64,000 nucleotides of DNA. Origin: Eledone cirrhosa. Lineage: Eukaryota. Positions 12,651 to 26,045 of this stretch are shown piece after piece. A program made the position numbers and the translations under genes. The notes below the pieces were generated by a model. The model was not told where the DNA came from and did no database searches. It saw nothing but the letters and a program-made list of their open reading frames with translations. Position 1 is the stretch's first letter; every line of letters starts with the position of its first letter. Where the stretch lies: assembly GCA_964016885.1 (NCBI GenBank), contig OZ024740.1, positions 364,622,001 to 364,686,000 on the forward strand. The letters are read 5' to 3'.

Positions 12651-13411
12651 TTTTATTTATTTATTTTTTTTTTTTCAATTATTGAATGTCCTCTCAGTCT
12701 ATCAGTCTATCAAAACGTGTTTTTATCGAAATGACTTTCCAACCAAACGACTTTTCATAGAATTATTTTAGAAAAATATAATTTTGTAATTCGTTTTTGT
12801 ATTTGTTTAGCAAGATTCTTGTGAAATTGTGTTGAAACAGATATTGTATTTTGGGAAGGCCAATCAAAACACATGCAGTATTTGTGGAAATTATTTTAAT
12901 TATAAAACAATTTTAATATAGAATATTTTTTTAATATAAAATATGAATAGAATTTCCATCTGAAAATTTAATTTAAAAAATCAGTAAAAGAACGTTTTTT
13001 AAAATAATTTTATCAATGAAATAATTATAAAATATAGATTAATTTCACATATAAAATAAAAATAGAATTTCCACCAACAAATTTAATTAAAAGTAACTAC
13101 AATAAGTTTAACTATTTCTACCTGTACAAGTGTCATAACCTAAGTGCTGTAGATGGCAGCTTTTTAATTAATCAATCATTAACACAATATCAGCCACTTA
13201 CAATCTTGGTTGTTCATTTATAGTATTATAATGACTTATTGAAAATATGTTAGAATAATTTTATAAAATTTTTTTTTTTTTTTTTTTTTACTGGTTTCAG
13301 TCATTTGACTGTAGCCGCATTAGGGCACCTCCTTCAACAGTTTTAGTCTATCATATCAATCCCAAGATTCACTCGCATGCACACGTGTGTGTGTGTATGT
13401 ATATATACACG

Positions 13412-13512
13412 CAGGCTGTCCCCAAAAAACGTATACATACTTTTATTATCTGTACAGGCAATATTTATTAGAATGATGTTGAAGTTTGAGTACATTTTTT
13501 GGGGTCACCATG
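13412..13512. mobile_element. Tc1/mariner-like MITE
   Basis: Imperfect TIRs CAGGCTGTCCCCAAAAAA / TTTTTTGGGGTCACCATG. Confidence 0.55.
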
Positions 13513-13516
13513 TATG

Positions 13517-14150
13517 TCATCATCATCATCATCATCATCATCAGGTTTAGCGTCCATGTTCCACGCTTGCATGGGTTTGGACGGGGGTTTTCCCACTTGA
13601 GGCAAGAGTGGTTATCTTGCTCGCATAGGACTGTCTGGCGGGTTTTCTACAGCTGGATGCCCTTCCTAACACCAACCACATTTACAGTGTGGGGCTGGGA
13701 GGTTTTTACCGTGTTGCCTACACGGCCACATTTACAGCGTGGACTGTGTGTTTTTTGTCGTGACACCTACACGATCTCATTTGTTTCGGCCTGGATGTTG
13801 TGGGACCAACATAACTGTACATTGAAAGGGGCGGTGTGGATGGGGTGGAGGTGGTGGGACGGGGGGGGGGGGGGGGGGGTTGATAGAGATGCCTACTGAC
13901 TGTAGTAGGTTTTTACTTTGTATTTAGGTAAGGCGGGTCTTCTCTATTACTGAGTACCGCCAAAGGTCTCGGTCCAGTGACATTGTCTTGGAGAGGTGTA
14001 AGCGTGTGAGGTCGGAATTTATCAGCTCGTCCCATGTTTTTCTGGGTCTGCCTACTCCGTGGCTACCGTCTATCTTTATTGCCCTGCACTTTGTTATACA
14101 GCTGTCGTCTTTCATGCGCATCACGTGACCGTACCAACGTAGCCTTCTCT
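13517..14150 (-). mobile_element. RTE family C, 3' fragment
   Basis: RRLRWYGHVMRM...GRPRKTW...EKTRLT*, then 3'UTR and (GAT)n. Similar to 17135-17740. Confidence 0.9.
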
Positions 14151-15729
14151 ATGAATGAATGATAGGCTTCCATATAGTTTCTGTCTACTAAATTTCACTC
14201 GCAATACATTGGTCAACCCATCATTATGATAGAAGACACTTGCTGGAAGAGTCACACAGTGGGACTGAACCCAAACCACATGGTTGTGAAGTGAGCTCTT
14301 TACAACACAGCCATCCCTGCTCCTAAAATATATTATTTTGTAAAATATTTTTTTTTTTAAACAATCATGTGACTTTCATTTGATATAATTTAGTGTATTT
14401 CAAAACTTGAGATGAATCAGTGTAATGTTAGTGTTCCAAATACCAGATTCAAGGTTTAAGTATATTGCCACTGCTATTGATGGGAATCAGCCACTGTTAT
14501 CTGTGGCAATTATTCTTACAAACTGCTCAAAGAAATGGTATAGGTAGAACATTTGAAAGTCCTCTTATTCTTTTTTTTTTAAATTAAATTTTCTTTTAAA
14601 AATCCTTCTATATTTAAAATTATTCAATGGTTGAAATTATTTACAAAAATTTATAATTTTTTTTTTCATGTTATTAAATTTTCAGAAGGAAATTCTATTT
14701 TTATTTCCTATTAAAAGTATTCTATATTTAAAATTGTCTTATAGTTAAAATTATTTTATTGAAAAGTTGTTTCTATAAGAAGTTGATTTGATAAAAAGTA
14801 ATTTCAACAAAAAGCTGTATGATGTAAAGTCTGATAAAAAGACATTAGATAAAATGTTGTTTGATGAAAGGTTGTTTGAAAAGTCGTTTGATAAAAATCA
14901 TTTGATAAAAAGTCATTTGATGAAACGTTGTTATGATGTAGAGTTGGGCCATGACCTGTATCTCTACCTATCCATCTAGTCACCTTTTATGTTCTCCCCT
15001 CTTTCTCTCTATCCCTCATAATTTTCAATTGTAATCGATGGACTCTTAGTAGTTTTGAGTGAATGGGAAATAAGTATTTCAGAGTTGAATTTGTTTGGCA
15101 AGTGACTTGATCTGAAGTGCATGGAAGGGATGGTTTAACCATTTAAAATAAAATGCACACACATGCACACACTGTTGACTACTTTATATTTATTTATTTA
15201 TTGGTGTCAAAATCTTCATTGCACTGTCTGACACAGTTCCACCCAATGAGTCTGTTGGGTAGTATGCCAATCTATAGCAGTTGACATTTACATATTTCCT
15301 GCTATTTTGGTTTCAACAATTAAGACATGGAGAGGGAAATAGCCAGTCCAAAATGACTTAACAAAATGGTTTCTGTAGATTTGAATTCAACATCCCTGAA
15401 CTAGTTGAACAATTCTTTATCTTCTCATCCCTTTAACCTCTGCCTTCTTTCAGGCCTGAACTTAGCTATTTTCTTCTTCTTTGAGAGAGAGAGAGAGATG
15501 GTACACTTTATCTACCTCAAAAGGATGAATGGCAAAGTTTACTTCGGCAGGATTTGAACTGTGTGTGCAGAGAACTGGAATGAATACCACAAAGTATTCT
15601 ATCCAATGTTCTAACTACTGCCAAATCATTGCCTTTCTTTAACACAATGTAACACTTGGACCCCTGTTAAATAACTAATGCCAAAATATCTGATGTATTT
15701 ATGTGAAACAACTGGTGTACCCCATCTTT

Positions 15730-16360
15730 CAGAATAAGTAGTGTATCCTGTGTGTCATAAGAGGAGGCTAAAGGGTTGCTGTCAGTAAAAGCATCTGACT
15801 ATAAAACATTGTCTCAAAACAAACTGTCCAACCCATGCCAGCATGGAAAAGTGGATGTAAAAGCGATGATGATGATGATGATATGTGAAATAAGAACAAG
15901 TTGGAAAAAGTTCAGTAAGTTACTGCCTTTGTTGACAACAAAGGGATTTTTCCTCTGAGCAATGATGCCTGCATTAGAAGTGTGATGCTGCATGGCAGTG
16001 AGACATGGGCAGTAAATGCAGTGAGTATGTGAAGGCTGGTGAAAAATAAAGCAAGTGTGTTCTATTGGATGTATAATGCATGAATGGCAGGTGTGGTTGA
16101 ACTGAGAGAAATACTGTGTATAAGAGAAATCAGATGTGAAGAAAGAATACTGTGCTGGTATGAGTATGTGATATGTATCAATAAAGAACAGTGTGGGAAG
16201 AAATGCCAGTAGAGAAAAACCTAGGCAGAGGTGGTTAGAGCTAATCTGAAAATGCTGAACCTCACAGAGACATTGACAAGTAGAAGTAGGTTTTGCTGCT
16301 TATGATCCATCGAACACATGGAAGCATGAAAAAGTGGATATATGATGATGATGATGACGA
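15730..16360 (+). mobile_element. Old SINE tail plus heavily decayed RTE 3' fragment
   Basis: IRTSWKKFSKLLPLLTTKGF and ATGCTGCATGGCAGTGAGACATGG (MLHGSETW), with two (GAT)n tails. Confidence 0.75.
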
Positions 16361-16930
16361 TACCAACGTGAAATACTGCCGTATTCCTTAATTCTTGTGG
16401 AAGGAAGGTATAGTTGAGGTAGAAATCTGACATGTTTAACTGTTCATCTTGTATGTGACTAGATTTTTGCCTATTCAGCTTCGTTAACCACCAATTTCAT
16501 CCTCTATTTAATCATTATCATCAATCATTGACTCCTTTCACTTCACACCATTCCCCTTCCTCTTTGTGTTTCTATGGATTAGTTTGGTTTCCCTCAGCTA
16601 CAACTGTCACCATAGCAACTATAAAATAGATGTAACATCATGTCTACCAGAGCATGAGTTATATTATAGACTTTGTTTGCACCACCACCCTTCCCTGCCG
16701 ATCATGATATCATTTTCTGGGAAAGACAGCTTTTAATAAAAAAAAAAAAAAAGTAAAGTTACAATTAATCTAAATTATTTTAAATAATTAAAAATATTCA
16801 AAAACAATAATTTTTAACCCTTTTGAGACCAAACTGCCTGAAACTACCTCTGTTCCTATGATGCAAAACTGTTAAAAATGTTTATATTTATCAAAAAACA
16901 TTCCTTGATAATTATATCTAAGACCCTTTG

Positions 16931-17134
16931 TTAATTCTTTAGCATTTAAACCGGTTCTATTTGGCCAGAATTCTCTCACCTTTTCCTGTTCAAACCGGCT
17001 GTAACCGGCCGCTCATACGGACATTAAGGTATTGTACTCAAAATAAATAATATCAAAATCTCATAGATTCAATATTATGTGAGATACTTATATGATAAAG
17101 CCTTTAACATGAAAATACAATAGCATATATAGTA
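16931..17134. mobile_element. TTAA MITE (family of 5128), cut off by the RTE insertion at 17135
   Basis: TTTAGCATTTAAACCGG...AAATACAATAGCATATATAGTAAT, then (CAT)n. Confidence 0.75.
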
Positions 17135-17740
17135 ATCATCATCATCATCATCATCATCATCATTTAACGTCCATATTCCACGCTAGCATGGGTTTGGACG
17201 GGAGTTTTCCCACTTGAGGCAAGATTGGTTGTCTTGCTCGCATAGGGTGGGTTTTCTACGGCTGGATGCCCTTCCTAACACCAACCACATTTACAGTGTG
17301 GAACTGGGAGGTTTTTACCGTGTTACCTACACGGCCACATTACAGCGTGGACTGTGTGTTTTTTTTGTCGTGACACCTACACGACCTCATTTGTTTCGGG
17401 CTGGATGTTGTGGTACCAACATAACTTTACATTGAAAGGTGCGGTGGGGGTAGTGGGACGGAGGGTGTATTTTGTTAGAGGTGCCTACTGACTGTAGTAG
17501 GTTTCACTTTGTACTTAGGTAAGGCGGGTCTTCTCTATTAGTGTGTAGCGCCAAAGCTCTCGGTCCAGTGACATTGTCTTGGAGAGGTGTAAGTGTGTGA
17601 GGTCGGAATTTATCAAGTCGTCCCAGGTTTTTCTGGGTCTGCCTACTCCGTGGCTACAGTCTATTTTTATTGCCCTGCACTTTTTTATACAGCTGTCGTC
17701 TTTCATGCGCATCACGTGACCATACCAACGTAGCCTTCTA
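17135..17740 (-). mobile_element. RTE family C, 3' fragment
   Basis: ORF 17515-17760 (RRLRWYGHV...EKTRLT), plus 3'UTR and tail as in 13517-14150. Confidence 0.9.
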
Positions 17741-17796
17741 AAGGATGTTCTAAACACCAAGTTATAATTAATCTAAATTATTTAGAATCAGTTATT

Positions 17797-18017
17797 AGCT
17801 GTCGAGACACTGCATCCTTTAAAACCTCCATGCTTCCTGAGATTCGCCAACACTACACATGATGTCCCCCCTCCATACACATGCACACATGTATTTCATG
17901 ACCCGTACACTGTTCATTTTCCTGACATTTGTACATTATTCTATGTACTATACATACACCTTTGATGAGTTGTAGTGCACCTGAGCACTGTACACAATAA
18001 TTTCATTATTATTATTA
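17797..18017 (+). mobile_element. Non-LTR retroelement 3' fragment with (ATT)n tail
   Basis: Ends GTAGTGCACCTGAGCACTGTACACAATAATTTCATTATTATT. An inverted shorter copy lies at 28897-29000. Confidence 0.6.
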
Positions 18018-18547
18018 ATTCGAAATATTGAAAAACAATAATTTTGATACCAAACCACCTGAAACTGCTCTTGTTTTTATGATGCAAAACTATTTTAAAT
18101 GTTTATATTTATCTAAAAACCTTCCTTGATAATTTTATGTAAGAACCTTTGTTAAATTATGTTACTAACACCAGCTTAATAATAAGAAAGATAGTCATAT
18201 TATTAAATTCCTTCAAATTCTTGATTGTTTTGAAAATATTTTATTAGTCATATGGTAACAAAAAGGTTAACCAAGAGTAGAATTTAGTAGATGGAAACTT
18301 ACTTTCAAGTATCCATCAATAGGAAATCCTATTGCGCTCAGCAAAGTAAAAAAATTCAGATGTTTATCTTTTTAACTCTTTTTGTACTAAATTGATTATA
18401 TCAAAAACCAATTGATACCCGTAGGCAACGTCTTTCATTAGAAATATTGTAAGGGCTAAATCTTATTGAGTTCTTTTGCATTCTTTCTTTGTGTGGTGAA
18501 GTTAAGCACAGTCAGTACATTGCTCACTGCCTGCCTAACTCACAAGT

Positions 18548-18757
18548 GTAATAACAAAGGGTAATAACCGACACTGTTGCCATGTTGCAAATAACATGAA
18601 GTAATAACCAATGTGGTCCACAATGTTGCAAATAACAGCAGGTAATAACCAACACAGTCACCATGTTCCAAATAACATGAAGTAAGAACCAATGCAATCA
18701 CCATGTTCCAAATAACATGAAGTAATAATCAATGCAGTCACCATGTTGCAGATAACC
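18548..18757. repeat. ~40-bp degenerate tandem repeat, ~5 copies
   Basis: GTAATAACCAA...CACCATGTT(G/C)CAAATAACA recurs, with one more unit near 18850-18890. Confidence 0.8.
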
Positions 18758-18924
18758 CTGGTCTAAAATACCTAAGACATGCCATGTGTCGGGACAGCAC
18801 CCCTTAGACTCCATCAGGAGTTAGGGCCCTTTTCCTTGTAATATCGAACGTAATCACCATATGACAAATAATATTGAGTAATAACCAACATGCACAAGCA
18901 CTCAATATAAAATATGTTTACATA

Positions 18925-19400
18925 AAAAGCACCCAGTCCACTGTAAAGTGGTCATGTAGGTGTCATGACTATAAGCACCCAGTCCACACTGTAAAGTGAT
19001 CATGTAGGTGTCATGACTATAAGCACCCAGTCCACACTGTAAAGTGGTCATGGAGGTGCCATGACAAAAAGCACCCAGTCCACACTTTAAAGTGATCATG
19101 TAGATGTCATGATAAAAACACCCAGTCCACACTGTAAAGTGGTCATGTAGGTGTCAAGACAAAAAGCACCCAGCCCACACTGTAAAGTGGTCATATAGGT
19201 GTCACGACAAAAAGCACCCAGCACACACTGTAAATATGGTCGGCATTAGGAAGGGCATCCAACTCTAGAAACCAAGCCAAAATCAGTTGTGTGTGAGCAA
19301 AACATGGTCTTCTGACCTGATCTCTCACAAAGGGATAGCCCGTCCTACTCATGCTAGCGTGGAAAATGAACATTAAACGATGATGATGATGATGACGACG
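18925..19400 (+). mobile_element. SINE/RTE 3' module with its internal 48-bp unit amplified ~7 times
   Basis: AAGCACCCAGTCCACACTGTAAAGTG at 48-bp spacing (18973, 19021, 19069), then AGGAAGGGCATCC, an RTE tail and (GAT)n. Confidence 0.85.
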
Positions 19401-19670
19401 ATATTAGTAAACATATATTTAGTCTCACTAACTATTCTTGGTGAAAGCTTATTCATATAAAGCACCGTTTTGACCGGCTAGATTAGTTTTTACAAAATCT
19501 GTAAGATGATTTCATTTTATATACCTCAACATCTGGGCATAAGGAAATAAATACTGGTGAACTGGAATGATAGTGAAATACATGTATCCACTGTTCTTAA
19601 ACCTAGGTATCTGAGGTACCTGAGGCATGATCCCAGCTTAAAATACTCAGTGATATTATATATTCATTTA

Positions 19671-19987
19671 TCTATATATATAAAGTTGTATTCCTGTCTG
19701 TTTGTTTGTTCATGAACTACTCCTATGGTTTTGGAGATATACCCCCATAACCATATATATTCTGAAACTACATTGCCCAGGATACTTGGATAAGTATATT
19801 TCATTTTAATCAAAGGGTTCCCCGGGGGCACAAAAACCCCCACTGAAAATGTTTTCCCTTCGATTTATATGAAATTTAAACCATATGTAAATGACAAGAT
19901 ATGATGCCTATTCACAAAGTTTCAGCAAATTTCAATAATATTAAGACACCCTAATGAAATGCAGCAAGGCGCAGATAATTCGGCTAG
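19671..19987 (+). mobile_element. Non-autonomous Helitron-like element
   Basis: A|TCTATATATATAAA...CTGTCTGTTTGTTTG...CGGCTAG|T: 5' TC, 3' CTAG, inserted in an AT dinucleotide. Confidence 0.6.
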
Positions 19988-20224
19988 TTTATACATAAAC
20001 ATATTGTATATAGGTCCATATACACCTTTATTCCGAATCACACTGTGTTAGTTCTATCACTATTTGTTTTGTTTTTTATAAGGCATGCAGGAAAAAAACA
20101 ATTGTAATTGTTTCTGACATTAGCACAAAGCAAGGAGCATTTGTATTGACCTCATCAAAATTTAAACAAAAAGTCAGACAAAGCATTTTGTCCAACATTC
20201 TTATAGTTCTGTCAATCCTTTAAC

Positions 20225-20610
20225 AATGGTTTCTGATTTAGGTACAAGGCCAACAATCTGGAGGAGTGGAAAGTCGATTAAATTGACACCAGTGCATAAC
20301 TGGTGCGTTATTTTATCGACCCCATAAGGATGAAATGTAAAGCTAACCTTGTTAGGATTTGAACTCAGAATATAAATTAATAAGCAATTAATTTAGAAAT
20401 AAATTAATAATTTAATAAGCAATTTGGGGGGAGGAGAAATTGGATTATATTGGCCCCTAGTATTTAACTTGTACTTTATTTTATCAACCCCAAAAGGATG
20501 AAATACAAAGTTGACCTCTATGAGTGTTGAACAAAGAATGTAAAGAGCCAGAAGAATTACCACTGAGTATTGCATCCAACGCTCTAACAATTCTGCCAAT
20601 CCACCACTGT
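20225..20610 (-). mobile_element. Two degenerate SINE family B copies
   Basis: TTTTATCGACCCCATAAGGATGAAA...GGATTTGAACTCAGAAT occurs twice. Confidence 0.7.
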
Positions 20611-22071
20611 TAAACTTTTTGATATCAATCCAGCATCTGGTTCTATGAAACAAAAGCCACACATTTTAAAGAGGTCTTATTTTAATATCTTCCAACATGA
20701 TTTTAGATAAGAACATTATGTTAAGTTATTATCTTAGTAATGAAATAATTAATCACTTTTAGTAAATCCTTAAAAAATGTTCATTAATTGATTGAAATAG
20801 AGTGTATTTCATTAGAAATGCAGCCACAAAAGGGTTAATAATAATAATAATAATAATAATTTTGATAATAATAATAATGATAATAAGTATTTTTTGAAAA
20901 GAAAGTAGCAACTCTCTTGAGAAATACATCATTACTTTAAAGTTATAAAATAACTAATTTCAGGTACAAATAATATTTTCTGAAGTCAAACAAAATAACA
21001 GCTGCCACAAACCAATCTAACTATTTAGAAAACATTGTAATAAAACTACAATGTTAATGTTTGTAAATGTTAGTGGGTTTTTTTTTATTTTATTTTATTA
21101 GATTTTTCTTCTTTTTTTTTCTTTGATGGCATAACGAACTAACTAGTTGTAACATTAAGTCAAAAGTAATTAGTGGGACCAAATTCTGAATCTCATAGAA
21201 CTACACATGTAGAGTGAGTAATGTATAAATGCAGACAGTTATACTTGTCATAAATTGGAGAAAATAAATTATATTGATGACAAAGCTAGGAAGTAGACAG
21301 TATTTTTGATATATTTATTACTAGGGCAGCAGCTTTGAAGAACTCTAAGGAGTGAAAATGAAAGTTTCATAGCGAACTGTCTCTTGTAATGGGATTGATT
21401 ACTGCTGAGGAGTTTCTTCAATATGAACTGTTTAACCCTTTTGACACCAAAACACCTGAAACCACCCCCAAAGCTATTTGTTTTAAAATGTTTATATTTA
21501 TCTTTAAAAAAAAAAAAGTTATCAATTTTATGTTAGAATATTTGTTTCAAACACCAAAATAATAAAGAGTAAGTTTTACTAAATCCCTCCAAATTCTTGA
21601 TTATTTAAAGAATTATTTGGAAATTATTTGGAAACCCTAGGCATTGTCTGTTATTAGAAATATTGTAATGAAAGGCTTAATAACATCGCCTCCATAGGTA
21701 TGTGTGATATTCATTGCAATGTCATGAAAGGAATAAGCTTTATTGAAAGGCTGCCATAAGCATCTAATACTAGACTTTGTTACAAATTTACATGATAATT
21801 ATTTGGGAATAATTTCTAGATTTAATACACACATATGCAAACACATTTAGTAATGGCTCAATCTCAAGGTTGAGAACAGAGATGGAATCTCTAAAACCCT
21901 TAACCCATTTGATTTTGATCAAATCCGGCCAAAACTGCCTCCAGTTCTATGAAACAAAATTACCCATTTTAAAAGGTTCCTATTTAAGTTTAAATCTTCC
22001 AATGAAACTTGATAACCTTAATTATGTTACAAATATTATCTTTATATTTTCAGTAGATCCTCACAAATTCT

Positions 22072-22300
22072 TTAACCCTTCAGCATTTAAACCGGCCATA
22101 TCCGGCCAGAATTCTTTCACCTCTTTCTGTTCAAACTGGCTGTAACCAGCCACTCATACTGACGTTAAGGTATTGTTCTCAAAATAATGACATCAAAATC
22201 TCATAAATTCAATATTGTGTGAGATAATTATGTAAGATAAAGCCTTTACTACAAACATTACAATAGTAAATATAGAGTAATCTAAAAGCTAAAGGGTTAA
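22072..22300. mobile_element. TTAA MITE nested in an older TTAA-type element
   Basis: TTAA-CCCTTCAGCATTTA...GCTAAAGGG-TTAA. Confidence 0.8.
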
Positions 22301-22655
22301 GTAATTCAAATACAGTGTTTTTCATTAGAAATGTGACCACAAATAACCATCACAAAGAAATCAAAGTCTGTAGTTGTCAACCTTTTCATCGTCATATTTC
22401 TGTTAAAAAACACTGCCTATGATTTTCAGATCGTTTTCAAAATAAGGGATTAAGTAAAAATGGGGGATAAAGTAAAATAATGTATCTTTCTCAATAATTA
22501 TCTGGTGTTTGGATCATAAAAAGTCCTTACAAAAAATTATGATGGCAGGTTCTAAGACAAATATAAACACTTTAAAATAAACAACTATGAATCATAGAAC
22601 CAGGGGTGGTTTCAGATGGTTTTGTATTAAAAAGGTTAAATGATACTGATCATTA

Positions 22656-22709
<54 letters not shown>

Positions 22710-22714
22710 TGAAG

Positions 22715-22865
22715 CATATAGTTACGTCCCTTTATGATCTGAGTTCAAATCCCGCCGAAGTTAACTTTGCCTTTCATCCTTACGGGGTCGATAAAATAAA
22801 GTACCAGTAATGCACTGGGTAATTGCTGGCCTTGTGCCAAATGTAGAAACAATTATTATTATTAT
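22715..22865 (+). mobile_element. SINE family B, partial, next to (ATT)n
   Basis: Near-identical to 2180-2320. Confidence 0.8.
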
Positions 22866-22950
22866 TATTTATAATGAGAGTAGTTATGACTTGACTATGA
22901 GAAAGTTTCAGAAAAAATAAGTTTTGTTTTATTTTCTGCATGTTTATATA

Positions 22951-22985
22951 TATGAAGGGTGATACCCAGAAACATTAGTGTCGTT
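22951..22985 (+). ncRNA. 5'-truncated hammerhead fragment
   Basis: (TA)n-ATGA-AGGGTGATACCCA-GAAA-CATTAGTG-TC, with a near-palindromic stem III and a GUC triplet. The CUG is missing. Confidence 0.45.
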
Positions 22986-23149
22986 CGCATGCCAACATAA
23001 GAGCAAGAATGAAGTGTTCATTCTACTGACATGGCTATAAAAGCTTATTGAGGCTTGTTTGCAAAATTGCAAACGAATCGAATGTTATTATTAATATTCG
23101 AAAAACTCAGATTACATTTATTGTATTCAGCCATGTAGAGCGAAATTTT

Positions 23150-23199
<50 letters not shown>

Positions 23200-23239
23200 A
23201 AAATAACAGGAGGCTGGACTTGTGTAAATCCTTGAAAAG

Positions 23240-23318
23240 TTTATTATACTATGATCATTTCAATGACCGGGTTCCGTATGAATCCGGTGATATCATCAGA
23301 TATTCGAAATATAATAAA
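23240..23318 (-). ncRNA. Type I hammerhead ribozyme motif (family H3)
   Basis: Reverse complement TTTATTATA..ATAT-CTGATGA-TATCACCGGATTC ATACG GAACCCGGTCATT-GAAA-TGATCA-TA-GTATAATAAA, with palindromic stem III ATGATCAT. Confidence 0.8.
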
Positions 23319-23526
23319 TGAATGTAACAGATAAAATCCATGGGGTTGAAAATCATAGACCCGAGGACAACCGACCATCTAGCATCTTCCACTTTAGCCG
23401 GTCACCCTCAAGTGCTGGCTATTTGGTCTACTTAAGGCTATCTGGTGAGGGGGCGAAAGCTTATAATGTGCTACTAACCTCCCAGTCAAAGAGAAAAATA
23501 AATATATATATATATATATATATATA

Positions 23527-24075
23527 TCATCATCATCATCATCACCATTTAATGTCTTATTTTCCATACTTGCATGGGTCAGACGGGTCGTTCACATTAT
23601 GGAGCAAGTCTAGCCAGTTGACTCCACCGTATCATACATAGAACCATGTCTTGGCTGAGTTTTTGTAGCTGCTAGATGTCCTTCCTAACAGCAACCATGT
23701 TTACAGTGTGGAACTGCATGTTCCTGTTATGGGGAGAGTCTTACCAGTTGGCTGTGCTGGACCCTGCTCATATGGGACCACACTTTGGGAGCTGGGAGGG
23801 CATGATCTGAAGAAGGTCTGGCAAGTTGGCCATACTGAACCTTGCACATAGCAGACCTGTGTTTTGGCTGAGAGAGAGAGGTAGACAGATAGAGAAAGTG
23901 TCTGCTGTACCAATACTGGAGAGACCATAAATCATGGGAGCATGCAATGGATGAGGAAATGCTGCATGGGTAAAGAGAGAGAGAGGGGTATGAATCCAAC
24001 CATGGCACCAAGTGGTTTCGGCTTATTGAACACACAAGCTAAAACTGCTTGGTGTCGCGGTGAAGTTCATATCCC
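23527..24075 (-). mobile_element. Diverged SINE/RTE-tail element
   Basis: (CAT)n-TTTAATGTC..TTTTCCATACTTGCATGGGTCAGACG and GATGTCCTTCCTAACA modules. Confidence 0.6.
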
Positions 24076-24085
24076 CCCCTCTCTC

Positions 24086-24161
<76 letters not shown>

Positions 24162-25024
24162 TATATCTATGTGTATATATGTATATATATATATGTATGT
24201 ATATATCTGTATATATATTTATATATCTACATATGTATATCCATGCATATATATATATGTGTAAACCCATATATTTTGATGAATTATTGTGCCTTGTGGC
24301 TGAATGTTCTTCCTTGTTGCCAACCATTGAGCAGTTTACTGAAACTAGTAACAATGTTCTAGTTAGGAAGTCTGTTTTGACAAAGTGCCATAACTGTGTT
24401 GTTTTATTTATTTTACCTCCACAGATAGATCTAGGAACATAATATCAAATATTTCTATGGTATTAAAAAGCATCCAAAAAGTAGTAGTTAAATAGTAGGT
24501 AAGCAAGAATAGACTGTCAGGTAAAATGAGACCAGGTACCACTGAAACTAATCTCTCTATCAGAAAAAAAAACTTAACTAATGGCAGTATAAGCATAAAG
24601 GAATACATTAGGTTTGGTATTGGTAGCTTTATAGAACATAAAAGAACATATTACATTTGGTAGCTTTATAGAGCATAAAGAAATATACATTAGGTCTGGT
24701 AACTTTATAGAGCATCACCATTCTTAAATACATTTATATTTACTCTAACATTAAAAAAAAAAAGAAAACATTAACGGGGTATGTGAAAGCTGAGAATATC
24801 TATGAAAGAATGTGTGAACTAAATCTGAGACAGAGAATAGGTTTTGAGATAAACAAAGATATCAAGTAGAATTAAAAACCTCAAGTATTGTTTAGTAGAG
24901 AGTTGGGTAAGGATATAGAAAGTAGGAGAGAAAAGAGAGGTGATGAGAGGAGAAAACAGTAAGTTTATGCTTTGACTAACAGTAATTGAAAGGTAAGTCA
25001 TGTAAAACTGCAATGAAATAACAA

Positions 25025-25340
25025 GAGTTAAGGGAAGGGGAGGAGGAGCAGCTCAAAGTTTTATGAAGAGGAGGGGTTAAGGGAAGAGGAAGGAGATAAG
25101 GTGAAAAAAAATGGGAGGAGCTAAAGAAAGGGGAAGAGGAGTTCACAGCCAGGGAAGGGAGGCTTCAAATAAGGGAAGGGGTAGAGGAGCTCACAGCTAG
25201 GGGAGGAAGGGCCTCAAATAAGGGAAGGGGAGCTCACAGCTAGGACAGAGAGGGAGAGGTTCAACTAAAGGAGAGAGGAACTCAGAGCTAAGGAAAAGCA
25301 AAGTGAGGAGGGGGAAGAGTGAAGGGGGTGGGGTTCACAG
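25025..25340. repeat. GA-rich low-complexity region with degenerate AGCTCACAGCTAGG / AAGGGAAGGGG units
   Basis: Purine-rich strand with recurring motifs. Confidence 0.6.
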
Positions 25341-25849
25341 AGATACTACGAACAGGATTATCAAACAGAAATTGTATTATGAAGGAAACTTTTAACAGAG
25401 TGAAACTGGGTTTAATCATTTCATTACCATTCTAAACTATAATAAAGGAAGGTCTGCGGGACTGAGTACAGTTTTTTTTTTTTTTATCCCGTTAGTAAAA
25501 TAAGTTGGATTACTTTGAATAAATAATGAATATTACATAATTTATCTACTAAATTTCGTAAACAAAAATAATTTCGTAAAAATAAATAATTTAAAATTGA
25601 CTTCTTTTCAAAGTTGCACTTCCGGTATATCGTTGCCACCGCCACCACTTCAACTACCATATATATAGAAAGAGAGAGTGTGTGATGCAAACACTTCCAG
25701 TGGCGATTTTATTTGGTGTATCATATCTATATGTATATATACTTGCGTATAATATCAATATACACACTACACATGCTAGCAGAAAACAACCCGAAGGGTG
25801 GTTTTTCTGCTTGTATTTCTAATGAAAGATACTGCCTATTATTTTCAAA

Positions 25850-26045
25850 GGGTGGTGGATTGGCAGTATCGGTAGAGGGTTGGACACTATGCCTTGACGC
25901 ATAGAGTTACGGCTCTTGCCATTTTGAGTTCGAATCCCGCCGAGGTTAACTTTGCCTTTCATCCTTACGGGGTCGATAAAATAAAGTACCAGTAATGCAC
26001 TGGTTAATTGCTGGCCTTGTGCCAAAAAGTAGAAACAATTATTTT
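25850..26045 (+). mobile_element. Full-length SINE family B
   Basis: GGTGGTGGATTGGCAGTATCGG (A box), GAGTTCGAATCC (B box), core and AGAAACAATTATT end. Confidence 0.85.

Noticed and set aside
9102-12771. Tyr/Ile-rich ORFs
   Set aside because: They are translations of (TA)n microsatellites.
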